From Candidatus Berkelbacteria bacterium CG_4_10_14_0_2_um_filter_35_9_33_12 (GTDB taxonomy: Bacteria > Patescibacteriota > UBA1384 > GWA2-35-9), in the NCBI GenBank assembly GCA_002793435.1, contig PFQF01000031.1, forward strand, positions 1 through 44,690: 44,690 bases of DNA, written 5' to 3'. Positions 13,407-23,599 of the stretch are shown piece after piece (position 1 is the stretch's first letter; the number at the start of each line of letters is the position of its first letter). The position numbers and the translations under genes were made by a program. The notes under the pieces are model-generated. The model had not been told where the DNA came from, did not search any database, and worked only from the letters and a program-made list of their open reading frames with translations.

Positions 13407-16175
13407 ATGAAATTTATCAACCCGCTTAAAATTAGGAAGATTAAGAATTTTAGGTTGACTAAAAGTCGTCGCAAAAAACTGCTTAGTTTTTTTGGTTACT
13501 CATTTTTAGGCTTGATTATTTTTTCAATCCTTTTGTTTGTTTGGTATTCGAAAGATTTACCTACTCCAAACCGAATAAAAAATCGCAAAATTGAACAAGC
13601 TACCCAACTCTATGATAGAAACGGAAAAATGCTTTACGCTATTTCGGGCGATCAAAAAAGAATTCTGCTTGAGGAAGATAAAATTCCGGACATAGTTAAA
13701 AATGCAACCGTTGCTATTGAAGATCAAAAGTTTTATCACCATATTGGAATTGACTTTCGCAGTTTTGTGCGAGCAGTTTTAACTAATTTAACAGCTCACA
13801 GTTATGTTCAAGGCGGATCAACTATTACTCAACAACTAGTAAAAAATGCTCTTCTGTCACCCAAAAAAACTATCAGCCGAAAAATTAAAGAATTGATTTT
13901 ATCGATTGAGCTAGAAGCAATCTACTCTAAAAAAGACATTTTAACTATGTATCTCAACGAAATTCCTTACGGTTCAACCGTTTATGGGATTGAAGCGGCT
14001 AGCCAGACATTTTTGGGTAAATCGACTGGGGAATTAAGCTTGGCGGAAGCGGCAGTTTTAGCGGCACTGCCACAAGCACCTTCATACTATTCTCCTTACG
14101 GTTCGAATGTAGAAAAACTAATGACTCGGAAAGATAGAGTTTTAGATGATATGATTAAAATGGGTTACATTACTCAAGAAGAAGCTGACAAAGCTAAAAA
14201 AGATAAAATTTCGTTTGTGCTAAAAAAAGATTCGATTTTAGCCCCCCATTTTGTCTTTTATATCCAAGAGTTATTAGAAGAAAAATACGGTAAAGAATTG
14301 GTTTCGCAGGGTGGGTTGAAAGTTACCACTACTCTCGACTTAGATGTTCAGGGCAAAGCGCAACTAGCGATCGATAATAACACGAAAAAATTGGATCGTT
14401 ATAACGCTACTAATGCGTCCTTAGTCGCAATCAAACCGGGTACTGGAGAAGTGTTAGCTATGGTCGGTTCGAAAGATTACTTTAATAACGATATTCAGGG
14501 TCAAGTAAATATAACCACCAGCCAGAGACAACCGGGTTCTTCGTTTAAACCAATTGTTTATGCGACCGGGTTTAAAGAAAAATATAATCCCGCTTTCGTT
14601 CTTTATGATTTAAAAACCGATTTTGGTAATTATTCACCTGATAATTATAATGGTAATTTTTCAGGACCAATCACTATTCGTCATGCACTTTCCAACTCGT
14701 TAAATATTCCGGCGGTAAAAATGCTTGGATTAGTGGGTTTAAAAAATGCTTTACAAACCGCTAATGATCTTGGGATTACAACCTTGAATGATCCGGATCG
14801 TTACGGTTTGGCATTAGTTCTTGGTGGTGGTGAGGTTATGCCAATTGAAATGGCAAACGCTTTTGCAGTTTTCGGCAATCAAGGTAAATATGCTCCAATT
14901 AATCCAATTCTTAAAGTTGAATTAGCTAATGGTAAAGTTTTGGAAGAAAATAAACCCGAAGAATTTAATCCTAAACAAGTATTGGACGACCAAATAGCCT
15001 TCATGATTTCTGACATTTTATCGGACAATCAAGCACGATCAACCGTTTTTGGCTTTAGTAATAATTTGGCTTTTGCCGATCGAAAAGTTGCCGTAAAAAC
15101 AGGAACCACTCAAGAATTTCGAGATGCTTGGACAGTTGGCTATACGCCTCAGATCTCAGTAGCTGTTTGGGTTGGGAATGCTGATAATACTGCTATGAAC
15201 AAAGGTGCCGATGGTTCAGTAATCGCTGCCCCGATTTGGCATCAATTTATGAAAGATTATTTAAAGGATAAACCGATTGAAAATTTTACCCGTCCAGATG
15301 GAGTTAGGCAAGTCAAGGTGGATAAATTATCTAATAAATTACCTTCTGATTATTCCCCTGAAACTGTTTTTGATTGGTTTGCCAGTTGGCAAATCCCAGA
15401 TGATGTTGACGATATCCACATTAAAGTTAAAATTAATCGCCTAAATGAGAAATTAGCCACCTCCGACACACCTTCCAACCTAGTTGATGAGGTGCTCTAT
15501 AGTAATATCCATAGTGAAAAACCGGATAATTCTAACTGGGAAAATCCAGTAATTGCTTGGGCAGAAAAAAATGGATTGCTAAAAAGACCACCCATCGAAA
15601 AAGATGATATGTATTCTTCTGATTCAAATAAAATCAATTTTTCTAGTCCAACCGACAATCAGAGTTTAGGTGGTCCGCAGATATTAAAAGTTAGTTTAAC
15701 CAATAAGTATTTAATTAAATCAGTTCGTTACGCAATCGATGGCGTTGAGATTGCATCTTCGGAAACAAGTCCGGATTTTGAAACAACCTATGATTTTAGC
15801 CAACTATCATTAGGTAACCATACGCTAGTTGCAATTGCAACTGATCAAAATGATGTCACTTTCTCAACTCAAATCAGCGTTAATACTTCGGACAATCAAG
15901 CGCCCGAAATTAGCAATATAAAAATTCTTCCGACTGTAAATAGTTCAACCATCACTTTTTCAAGCAACGAAAATGCCGTTTCGTATCTTATTTATTCGAC
16001 CAATCAAGCCTCGCTCTCTAGCAAAACTGGTACTGAACCAAATTCTAGTAAAGAACACACAATTAATATTTCTGGATTGATCGCCAATACCAAATACTAT
16101 TTTCAAATTGTTAGCCTGGACGAAAGTGGCAACTCAACTTCATCAAGTGCTTACAGCTTCACCACCCTGCCGTAA
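13407..16175 (+). CDS. class A penicillin-binding protein (transglycosylase + transpeptidase) with a C-terminal Ig/FN3-like extension
   Basis: N-terminal TM. GT51 motifs EDQKFYHH and GGSTITQQ. Transpeptidase motifs SSFKP, SNS, KTGTT. A tail of about 200 aa shows an FN3-like pattern. Confidence 0.9.
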   Translation: MKFINPLKIRKIKNFRLTKSRRKKLLSFFGYSFLGLIIFSILLFVWYSKDLPTPNRIKNRKIEQATQLYDRNGKMLYAISGDQKRILLEEDKIPDIVKNATVAIEDQKFYHHIGIDFRSFVRAVLTNLTAHSYVQGGSTITQQLVKNALLSPKKTISRKIKELILSIELEAIYSKKDILTMYLNEIPYGSTVYGIEAASQTFLGKSTGELSLAEAAVLAALPQAPSYYSPYGSNVEKLMTRKDRVLDDMIKMGYITQEEADKAKKDKISFVLKKDSILAPHFVFYIQELLEEKYGKELVSQGGLKVTTTLDLDVQGKAQLAIDNNTKKLDRYNATNASLVAIKPGTGEVLAMVGSKDYFNNDIQGQVNITTSQRQPGSSFKPIVYATGFKEKYNPAFVLYDLKTDFGNYSPDNYNGNFSGPITIRHALSNSLNIPAVKMLGLVGLKNALQTANDLGITTLNDPDRYGLALVLGGGEVMPIEMANAFAVFGNQGKYAPINPILKVELANGKVLEENKPEEFNPKQVLDDQIAFMISDILSDNQARSTVFGFSNNLAFADRKVAVKTGTTQEFRDAWTVGYTPQISVAVWVGNADNTAMNKGADGSVIAAPIWHQFMKDYLKDKPIENFTRPDGVRQVKVDKLSNKLPSDYSPETVFDWFASWQIPDDVDDIHIKVKINRLNEKLATSDTPSNLVDEVLYSNIHSEKPDNSNWENPVIAWAEKNGLLKRPPIEKDDMYSSDSNKINFSSPTDNQSLGGPQILKVSLTNKYLIKSVRYAIDGVEIASSETSPDFETTYDFSQLSLGNHTLVAIATDQNDVTFSTQISVNTSDNQAPEISNIKILPTVNSSTITFSSNENAVSYLIYSTNQASLSSKTGTEPNSSKEHTINISGLIANTKYYFQIVSLDESGNSTSSSAYSFTTLP

Positions 16176-17819
16176 ATCGATGACTCGGAATTCGATTTTT
16201 TTATGTTCTCCCCAAGTATTTAGAATAATATTGCCACATATATCATATTTTTCTCGGCTCTTAATTCTTCCATTTTTTGGATAATTAAAATAGATCGCTC
16301 TTAATTTATCGCCAATTAAAAAACTAAGATGATTTTTTTCTTTGCCAACTTCTCTTGTGTCGGTGATTTCAACATTTTCAAGCATTACTATTGGCTGTCT
16401 ATTCTCTTCGCCAAACGGTCTCATTTTTTCAATCAGATTATATTGCTTTAAATTAATCTCATTACAATCATCAGTTTTAGCATCAATAATTATTTTTTTA
16501 GTTAATATTTTTTTATCAATATTGGCACTTGCAAAGCGTATCATCTCTTGCTTAAATTTATAATATTTGTCTATTTTAACTCTTAAGCCAGCCGCCATTT
16601 TATGACCCCCAAAACTCTCAATATTTTCTTTATTTTTTTCGAGTGCTTGTTCGATGTCAAATCCTCGAATCGATCGAACGCTTCCAACCAATTCACCCTT
16701 TTTTTCCTTAAACACAATGGCTGGTAAATAATATTTATCAACAATTTTACTTGCTACTAAACCCAAAATCCCCTCTTGCCAATGAATGCTTTTGACAATA
16801 ATTATTTTATGTTTATCAATTGACAATTTTTCAATTTTAGCTTGAGCCTCAAGAAAAACATCTTCCATTTGCATTTGTCGCAAACGATTATTTTTATCCA
16901 ATTTTTCGGCTAATTCTTTAGCGACTTTTCGATCATTTTCAATTAATAGATTGAACGAGTCAATCGGGTTCGCCATTCTACCACTCGCATTTAGTCTTGG
17001 ACCAATTTGAAACCCAACACTATATTCGTCTATTTTTTCAGGATCGATTGAAGATATATCGATCAATTTTTTAAGACCAATATTTTTAGTCTTAGAAAGA
17101 ACTATCAAACCATATTTTGAAATCAACCAGTTTTCATCAACTAACGGCACAATGTCAGAAATCGTCGAAATACACGCTAAATCTAAAAACCATTTTATTT
17201 CTGGTTCAGAAAATATTTGATATTCTAAATGTAATGCATACAATAATTTCCAAACTAACCCCCCAGCTGAAAAATCTTTAAACATATACTTTTCATTTTT
17301 ATTTTTCAAATCAATAACTGCTAATGCACTTGTCGGATACAAATCTTCAATAATTAAGTGATGATCAATTATTATTAAATCGACTTTTTGATGTTTAAAT
17401 TTTTCTGCTAGTATCTTAGCTGTAATGCCGACATCAACTGCGATTACTAAACTACATTTTTTATCTAAAAAAAAGTTTAACGATTTATCAGAAATTCCAT
17501 ATCCCTCTTGACGAGTCGGAATATAAACAGACAAATTTTGGTTAAATTTTGAAAACGCTTTAAATAACATCGCTCCAGCTGGAATTCCATCCGCATCGTA
17601 ATCACAAAATAGACCAATATTCTCTTGGCTATCAAGAGCTTTTTTAATCCTTCCAATACTTTTTTTAAGACCACTTATTATTCTCGGATCAGATTGATCG
17701 TTAAAAAAATTTGGCGTTATAAACTTATTCAGTTGCAGTTTAGAAATATTTCTCGACTCAATAATTTGGTTAAATAATCCTTGACTCTTATTTTTTGGCA
17801 AAACCCATTTATATTTCAT
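16143..17819 (-). CDS. recJ: single-stranded-DNA-specific exonuclease RecJ
   Basis: DHH-family motifs DYDADGI, DVG, IIDHH, plus DHHA1 GGHKMAAG. The 3' end overlaps the convergent PBP gene by 33 nt. Confidence 0.85.
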   Translation of the reverse strand: MKYKWVLPKNKSQGLFNQIIESRNISKLQLNKFITPNFFNDQSDPRIISGLKKSIGRIKKALDSQENIGLFCDYDADGIPAGAMLFKAFSKFNQNLSVYIPTRQEGYGISDKSLNFFLDKKCSLVIAVDVGITAKILAEKFKHQKVDLIIIDHHLIIEDLYPTSALAVIDLKNKNEKYMFKDFSAGGLVWKLLYALHLEYQIFSEPEIKWFLDLACISTISDIVPLVDENWLISKYGLIVLSKTKNIGLKKLIDISSIDPEKIDEYSVGFQIGPRLNASGRMANPIDSFNLLIENDRKVAKELAEKLDKNNRLRQMQMEDVFLEAQAKIEKLSIDKHKIIIVKSIHWQEGILGLVASKIVDKYYLPAIVFKEKKGELVGSVRSIRGFDIEQALEKNKENIESFGGHKMAAGLRVKIDKYYKFKQEMIRFASANIDKKILTKKIIIDAKTDDCNEINLKQYNLIEKMRPFGEENRQPIVMLENVEITDTREVGKEKNHLSFLIGDKLRAIYFNYPKNGRIKSREKYDICGNIILNTWGEHKKIEFRVIDLRQGGEAVST

Positions 17820-17876
17820 AACGAAAGTTTAAGATTTATACTTTCTTTATCTTTTATATTTTTTTAATCTTTTATT

Positions 17877-18686
17877 TTACTTGTAAAATCCGTAACCTTC
17901 AACTCTTAGATCAACATATTCTTTAATATTGTCTTTGTCTTTTTTAATCAGTTCATCTAAAACGGTTAATTGATAAGCTAAAGGAACCTGTGTATAAAAG
18001 ATAATCCTTTTTGAATTTTTTGTATAGACAGTAATCACAAAGAGTGATTCCCCGATCCCGAAATGATCAATCTCTTCGTCTAAAATAGCCGGAAGTTTAA
18101 TTTCAATTGAACGAATAATACTAATTAATTCACTAGAAACTAATTTATTGCCCAATTTAATTGGAAGGTTTTTTTCATCTCGAATTATTTTAATATCGGT
18201 TTTTTCAGTTTCAGTAAAGACAACTCCTTCCCTGTCAACCAAATATTTTCGACCTTGAGTTTCCCAAATTAATTCACTCTCTCTTTCATTAATAAATATT
18301 TTAAGCGTATTGGGAAACCCGACCACCACCTTAACATCCTTGACGATCGGCAATTTTTCTTTAATATCTTTTTTGATTTTTCTCGATCCGAAACGAAAAA
18401 TATTTTTACCATTAATTGACTGAATATATTCAACTGTTAGGTCGTTATAGTTACCGATTAGATCAATGTTTTTAATTGAAAAATAAGATGAATAAAAAAA
18501 CACATAGATCAAAAATATAATTAAAAATATGGTTATAAAAAACAATATTTGAGAATAATTTATCTTGCTCTTGCTTTTTTCAGGCTTAAATTTTTCTGTA
18601 CGTTGAATTATTTTATAGTTTGTATATATTTGTCTGCCTGAACTTTTTTCTTTTTTTGCAATTGGAATAAAATCAAGAAACTTCAT
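17877..18686 (-). CDS. ftsQ: cell division protein FtsQ/DivIB (TM + POTRA)
   Basis: A single TM helix followed by the POTRA-like IKNIDLIGNYNDLTVEYIQS. Its position is at the end of the dcw cluster. Confidence 0.7.
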   Translation of the reverse strand: MKFLDFIPIAKKEKSSGRQIYTNYKIIQRTEKFKPEKSKSKINYSQILFFITIFLIIFLIYVFFYSSYFSIKNIDLIGNYNDLTVEYIQSINGKNIFRFGSRKIKKDIKEKLPIVKDVKVVVGFPNTLKIFINERESELIWETQGRKYLVDREGVVFTETEKTDIKIIRDEKNLPIKLGNKLVSSELISIIRSIEIKLPAILDEEIDHFGIGESLFVITVYTKNSKRIIFYTQVPLAYQLTVLDELIKKDKDNIKEYVDLRVEGYGFYK

Positions 18687-18695
18687 AGAACAAAA

Positions 18696-19889
18696 TTAAG
18701 CTAATTGTTTTTCTATTCGTAATATCTGATTGTATTTCGCTATTCTTTCCCCTCGGTTAGGAGCACCAGCTTTGAAATATTTAGCGCCAGTAGCAATCGC
18801 CAAATCCGAAATAAAAGTATCTTCTGTTTCTCCACTTCGATGAGAGATTTGGAAACTGATATTATTAGTCTTAGCAAAATTTATTGTCTTTATTGTTTCA
18901 GTTAGTGTACCAATTTGATTCGGTTTTATTGAAATACTATTGGCTAATTTATTTTCAACTCCATTTTTCAGCAAGTTAATATTTGTCGAAAACAGATCAT
19001 CGCCAACGATCGCTACTCGTGAACCAACTGCATTCATCAATTCTTGCCAAAGAGTTAAATCTTGATCGTGAAATGGATCTTCCAGCATTTCGATAGGATA
19101 TTCATCAACTAATTGATGATAATAATCGAGTGGTGTTTTAGGATAACTAATTGTGGATAAGTCGGGGATGAAATTAGCGGCTATATCAACTGCAATCATA
19201 ATATCTTCCCTAGGCTTGTAACCAGATTCAATTATTGCTTCAACTAAAATTTCAATCGCTTCCTCATTACTATTAAGTCGAGGTGCAAACCCACCTTCAT
19301 CCCCAACGCTAGTTGATTTATTAATTTTTTTTAAGGTAGATTTGATAGTTTTAAAAATTTTTACTCCCACTTCCATTTTGGTTGCAAAATTTGATCCTTC
19401 CATCACCGGAATCGCCATAAATTCTTGCATAGTCAAGCCGTTATCCGAGTGAGCGCCACCATTAATTAAGTTGAACATCGGGTATGGAATGTTAGTTTTT
19501 TCATTTGAGGATATCTTTTGTAAAAATTGGTAAAGTGGCAGACCCAATTCATCAGCTGAAAGTTTGGCATAAGCAAGTGAAACCGCTAAAATTGAATTAG
19601 CACCTAAATTTGATTTATTTTTCGAACCATCAAGAGCAATCAAGGTTTGATCTAATCTTTCTTGATCAAAAAGAGAAATATTGATGATATTTTCTTTAAT
19701 TACTCCGGATATATTTTCCAACGCACGATAAACCTCTACCGAATGAGCCTCATTTTCACCCGAAAACGCTCCCGTTGGAACTGACGCAAAAGCCGATTTT
19801 CCGCTATCAGAAACAAGCTTCACTTCGATCGTTTCTGAACCTCGTGAATCATAAATTTTCTGTCCAATTATGTCTACTATTTTAGAAAT
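18696..19889 (-). CDS. eno: enolase, apparently initiated at ATT
   Basis: Track ORF begins at GTG 19823, but the frame stays open upstream and encodes ISKIVDIIGQKIYDSRGSETIEV, colinear with the canonical enolase N terminus MSKIV.I.GR.I.DSRGNPT.E. The only candidate start is ATT at 19889-19887, 3 nt after AAGGAGGG. The catalytic SHRSGETED motif is present. Confidence 0.8.
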   Translation of the reverse strand: MSKIVDIIGQKIYDSRGSETIEVKLVSDSGKSAFASVPTGAFSGENEAHSVEVYRALENISGVIKENIINISLFDQERLDQTLIALDGSKNKSNLGANSILAVSLAYAKLSADELGLPLYQFLQKISSNEKTNIPYPMFNLINGGAHSDNGLTMQEFMAIPVMEGSNFATKMEVGVKIFKTIKSTLKKINKSTSVGDEGGFAPRLNSNEEAIEILVEAIIESGYKPREDIMIAVDIAANFIPDLSTISYPKTPLDYYHQLVDEYPIEMLEDPFHDQDLTLWQELMNAVGSRVAIVGDDLFSTNINLLKNGVENKLANSISIKPNQIGTLTETIKTINFAKTNNISFQISHRSGETEDTFISDLAIATGAKYFKAGAPNRGERIAKYNQILRIEKQLA

Positions 19890-20028
19890 GTTCCCTCCTT
19901 TTTTAAAAAATAAATCTACAATTTTAATTTAATTTTTAATGATTAAATTTGAAATTAATACATTAAAACATTTGACATTGATTTGAAATTTAAAATTGGT
20001 TATTGGTAATTATAATTATACCTTTTTA

Positions 20029-21411
20029 TTACTCACCAAACAATCGGGTAAATCCCTCACCCCACTTGTAAATATCACCAGCACCAACAGTCAATAAGAC
20101 TATTTTTTGATTTTTTACTATTATTTTTTTTATTGCTTGCTCAAAAGCTTTTTTATCACTAACAAATTTACTGGTTGATTTTTTTTGCATTATTTTACTC
20201 AAAAACATCTCATCCGTATAATGACTCTTTTTTTCTCTGGCAGACGCAAAGATTGGCGCAATTAAAACTTCATCAGAATCACTGATTGCACTTGCAAATT
20301 CCTTCTCAAATTGTTGGCTTCTTGAGTAAGTGTGCGATTGAAATAAAGTTACTAACTTATAATCCGGATAATGGTTTTTAACTGCCTCAATACAAGCTTT
20401 TAATTCACTTGGATGATGAGCATAATCATCAATCCAAATATATTTATCTGAAACTTTTTTAATTTCTAATCTTCTTTGAACTCCCTGAAAATTACTCAAT
20501 GCTTTGGTAATGATTCGACTCTTTATCCCAATTTCATGAGCAACTTGAGAAGCAATAATCGCATTGAAATAATTATGTTTACCAAAGATTTTTTTTAAGT
20601 ATAAATTGTGCCAAACTTTATCATTTTTGACTGCTTTTACAATTAATTTCTGACTTTTTGCACTGTGAAAAAGTTTGTGAAAATATTTATTATTCTGACC
20701 TAAAATCAAGATTGAACCAGAATCCATTTTTTTAACTAATTTTTTAAAAGCGTTATAATATATTTTTTCATCTTTAAAACAATCAGGGTGGTCAAAATCA
20801 ATATTAATTACGGCAACCACTTGTGTATCTAAATATAAAAATTTTGGTTGTCCAGTTACTAAATCGTCAGGGTATTCATCCGCTTCAACCACAAAATATT
20901 CACCTTTATCCCAATGAGCATGGAAATCAAAATCTTTTATAGTTCCGCATCCAATTAACCAGCTCGGTTTTTTACCTGCATCAGATAATATTTTTGCCAA
21001 CATAGCCGTTGTCGTAGTTTTGCCATGCGATCCAGCCATCGCAATAGTTTTTTTTAATTTTGATATTTCACCCAATGCTTGCCCATAAGACCAAGCTGGA
21101 ATTTTCATTTTTTTAGCTTGAATTACCTGCGGATTTTCCTGACCTTGATGAGCAGCTGAATAGATAATTAAACCCATACTAGAATTGATTTTATTTTTTT
21201 CAAAACCAACATCAATTTTGATATCTAATTTATTTAATTCTTTATCAGTTACAAATTCTTCTCCCAAATCGCTACCTGAAACATTTTTACCCATTTCTTT
21301 AAGAATTATAGCTAACCCGGACATGCCAACGCCTTTAATTCCAACTAAATAGATGTTTTTGAATTTAGCTAAATTTATTTCTTTATTTTTTAACATTAAT
21401 AACTTCCTCAA
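20029..21411 (-). CDS. murC: UDP-N-acetylmuramate--L-alanine ligase
   Basis: GIKGVGMSGLA and GSHGKTTTT P-loop. Mur ligase layout and dcw position. Confidence 0.85.
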   Translation of the reverse strand: MRKLLMLKNKEINLAKFKNIYLVGIKGVGMSGLAIILKEMGKNVSGSDLGEEFVTDKELNKLDIKIDVGFEKNKINSSMGLIIYSAAHQGQENPQVIQAKKMKIPAWSYGQALGEISKLKKTIAMAGSHGKTTTTAMLAKILSDAGKKPSWLIGCGTIKDFDFHAHWDKGEYFVVEADEYPDDLVTGQPKFLYLDTQVVAVINIDFDHPDCFKDEKIYYNAFKKLVKKMDSGSILILGQNNKYFHKLFHSAKSQKLIVKAVKNDKVWHNLYLKKIFGKHNYFNAIIASQVAHEIGIKSRIITKALSNFQGVQRRLEIKKVSDKYIWIDDYAHHPSELKACIEAVKNHYPDYKLVTLFQSHTYSRSQQFEKEFASAISDSDEVLIAPIFASAREKKSHYTDEMFLSKIMQKKSTSKFVSDKKAFEQAIKKIIVKNQKIVLLTVGAGDIYKWGEGFTRLFGE

Positions 21412-22474
21412 TTATTTGAATAAACTTTTCAGTACTTCTTTTGGGCATGATTTTTTCAATATTATTTTTGTAGTCTGTTAAAGTTTGCTTATCGTCAAGT
21501 AATTTGATTATTTGATCAACTTTATTTTCAAGTTGATCATTATGAACAACTAAACCAGCCTTTGTATCAGTGATAATTTTTCCATTTTTTTCTTGATGAT
21601 TTTGGCTAGCAAACGGATAAGGCACAAAAACAGTTGCTTTTTTAAGTACTGAAAGTTCCGCCATAATTGTTGCTCCCGATCGTGAGATAACTAGATCTGA
21701 ATCGGCAATTATTTTAGCTAGACCGCTCTTCACAAATAAATAATGATTATAATATTTTTTCTGTTTTTCGGACAATTTTGCGTTAAATTGACTCGCTTTT
21801 TCAGCATTTTTTTCACCCCAAATGTGAGTAATTTTAATTTCGTTTTGAATAAATTTTTCTAAATTATTGACAACAAAATTATTTAAGCTCTGTGCTCCCT
21901 GAGAGCCACCAATCACTAAAATATTTTTATATTTTTGAATGGATTTTTTTTCATTTTTTCTAATAAATTCGTTACGGAGTGGAATTCCACAAACTTCAAT
22001 TTTGTCAGTTAATTTTTTCGGATAATATTTTTTGTCAAAAGCAGTCAATATTTTTTTAGCTCTTCTAGAAGCTAATCTATTTGCCAACCCTAAAACTGAA
22101 TCTGATTCGTGGACAATTAAATCTTTTTTAAAGATAATTGACCAAAATATTATCGGCAAAGTAACATAGCCACCCTTACAAATCACTAAATCGGGTTTAT
22201 AGCTTAAAAATATAATTTTTGTCTGGACTAGACCAACAATATTTTTTAAAACATTGATTAGATTGCGCCAATTAAAACTACGAAAAATTTTACTAACTAA
22301 AATTTTCTGAAATTTGACCACTCCTTTAACCAATTCACTTTCCGGTCCGTTCTCAGAAACAAGATAAAGAATTTCAAATTTTTTCTTATCTAATTTCTTC
22401 AAAACTTCCAAAAGTGGAATCGTGTGGCTGACTGTTCCGCCCCCTGAAGCTAAAATTTTTATTTTATTATTCAT
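21383..22474 (-). CDS. murG: undecaprenyldiphospho-muramoylpentapeptide beta-N-acetylglucosaminyltransferase
   Basis: N-terminal ASGGGTVSHTIP (G-loop), the GT28 layout, and dcw position. Confidence 0.85.
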   Translation of the reverse strand: MNNKIKILASGGGTVSHTIPLLEVLKKLDKKKFEILYLVSENGPESELVKGVVKFQKILVSKIFRSFNWRNLINVLKNIVGLVQTKIIFLSYKPDLVICKGGYVTLPIIFWSIIFKKDLIVHESDSVLGLANRLASRRAKKILTAFDKKYYPKKLTDKIEVCGIPLRNEFIRKNEKKSIQKYKNILVIGGSQGAQSLNNFVVNNLEKFIQNEIKITHIWGEKNAEKASQFNAKLSEKQKKYYNHYLFVKSGLAKIIADSDLVISRSGATIMAELSVLKKATVFVPYPFASQNHQEKNGKIITDTKAGLVVHNDQLENKVDQIIKLLDDKQTLTDYKNNIEKIMPKRSTEKFIQIIEEVINVKK

Positions 22475-23599
22475 TTAAGCACGACGATTATATTTAGATA
22501 TATTATAAACGATGGCTAGACCAACAAAAAGCATAACCAATGACGATCCTCCGGCGGAAATAAAGGGTAATGGGATACCGGTCAAAGGCACTAAACCAAC
22601 TATCGCCGCAACATTAATCAATGTCTGAAATGCCACCCAAGCGGTAAAGCCACTTACCATAAACCGAGCAAACGGATCGTCAACTGTTAAGCAAATTTTG
22701 ACTAAGTGCAAAATAAAAACTAAAAATAGTAATAAAACACCGACCACTCTGATAAAACCCAATTCTTCAACCATAATCGCAAAAATTGCATCTGAGTGCG
22801 GTTGAGGTAGATATAGATATTTTTGTTTCGAATTACCAAAACCCAAACCCCACAATCCCCCTGAGCCAATGGCTAATATTGATTGATTGATTTGATAGCC
22901 ACTCCCCAAAATATCACTCTCCGGATTTAAATAAGTTGTCAATCTCTCCATACGGTAGGGAGATATTTTTATCAAGAGGAAAAAAATCATAAAACCAATA
23001 AAAAGTGCTGAAAGAATATATTTCATTGATGCCTCGCTAATATAAAAAATCATACCGGCAATAACAGAAATAACTAAAACCGTTCCCATGTCCGGTTGTT
23101 TAACAATCAGAAATATAACAAAAAGCAATGTTAAAGCCAACGGCAAAATTCCTTCGCTAAAATTATAGATTAATTTGCTTTTCGAATCCAGCCAGGCTGA
23201 TATATATATAATGAATGTTAATTTAACAATTTCCGATGGCTGAATTGAAATTGGACCAAGCTGTAACCATCTTTGCGCTCCGCTCAAATGAACACCCAAG
23301 CCCTTGACATAGACTAATAGAAGTAAAATTATGCTGATAATAAAAATTATAAAGGCATTTTTTTGCCAAAATTTATAATTAAGGTTGGAGACAACAATAA
23401 ATAAAATCACTGCTAAAATTAACCAATAAATTTGTTGAGTCACATAATAATAATTATTATTAAATCTTTCGTACGAAATAACCACCGATGAACTTAAAAT
23501 CATCATTAAACCAATCAGTGCTAAACCCATAGCTAAAATAAAGATCCAAAAATCTCCTTTTCTTCCAAGTCGGTTTCGATATTTATTAAGTCTTGACAT
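22475..23599 (-). CDS. ftsW: SEDS-family peptidoglycan glycosyltransferase FtsW
   Basis: About 10 TM segments. SEDS motifs (QPSE, PHSDAIF, GGSS). Located between murD and murG. Confidence 0.85.
   Translation of the reverse strand: MSRLNKYRNRLGRKGDFWIFILAMGLALIGLMMILSSSVVISYERFNNNYYYVTQQIYWLILAVILFIVVSNLNYKFWQKNAFIIFIISIILLLLVYVKGLGVHLSGAQRWLQLGPISIQPSEIVKLTFIIYISAWLDSKSKLIYNFSEGILPLALTLLFVIFLIVKQPDMGTVLVISVIAGMIFYISEASMKYILSALFIGFMIFFLLIKISPYRMERLTTYLNPESDILGSGYQINQSILAIGSGGLWGLGFGNSKQKYLYLPQPHSDAIFAIMVEELGFIRVVGVLLLFLVFILHLVKICLTVDDPFARFMVSGFTAWVAFQTLINVAAIVGLVPLTGIPLPFISAGGSSLVMLFVGLAIVYNISKYNRRA

Noticed and set aside
16143-16175. 33-nt convergent overlap of the PBP1A and recJ 3' ends (and the 8-nt recO/adhesin overlap at 41003-41010)
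   Set aside because: Both proteins look complete to their stops. Such overlaps are common in compact genomes, and no hairpin or special signal was seen.
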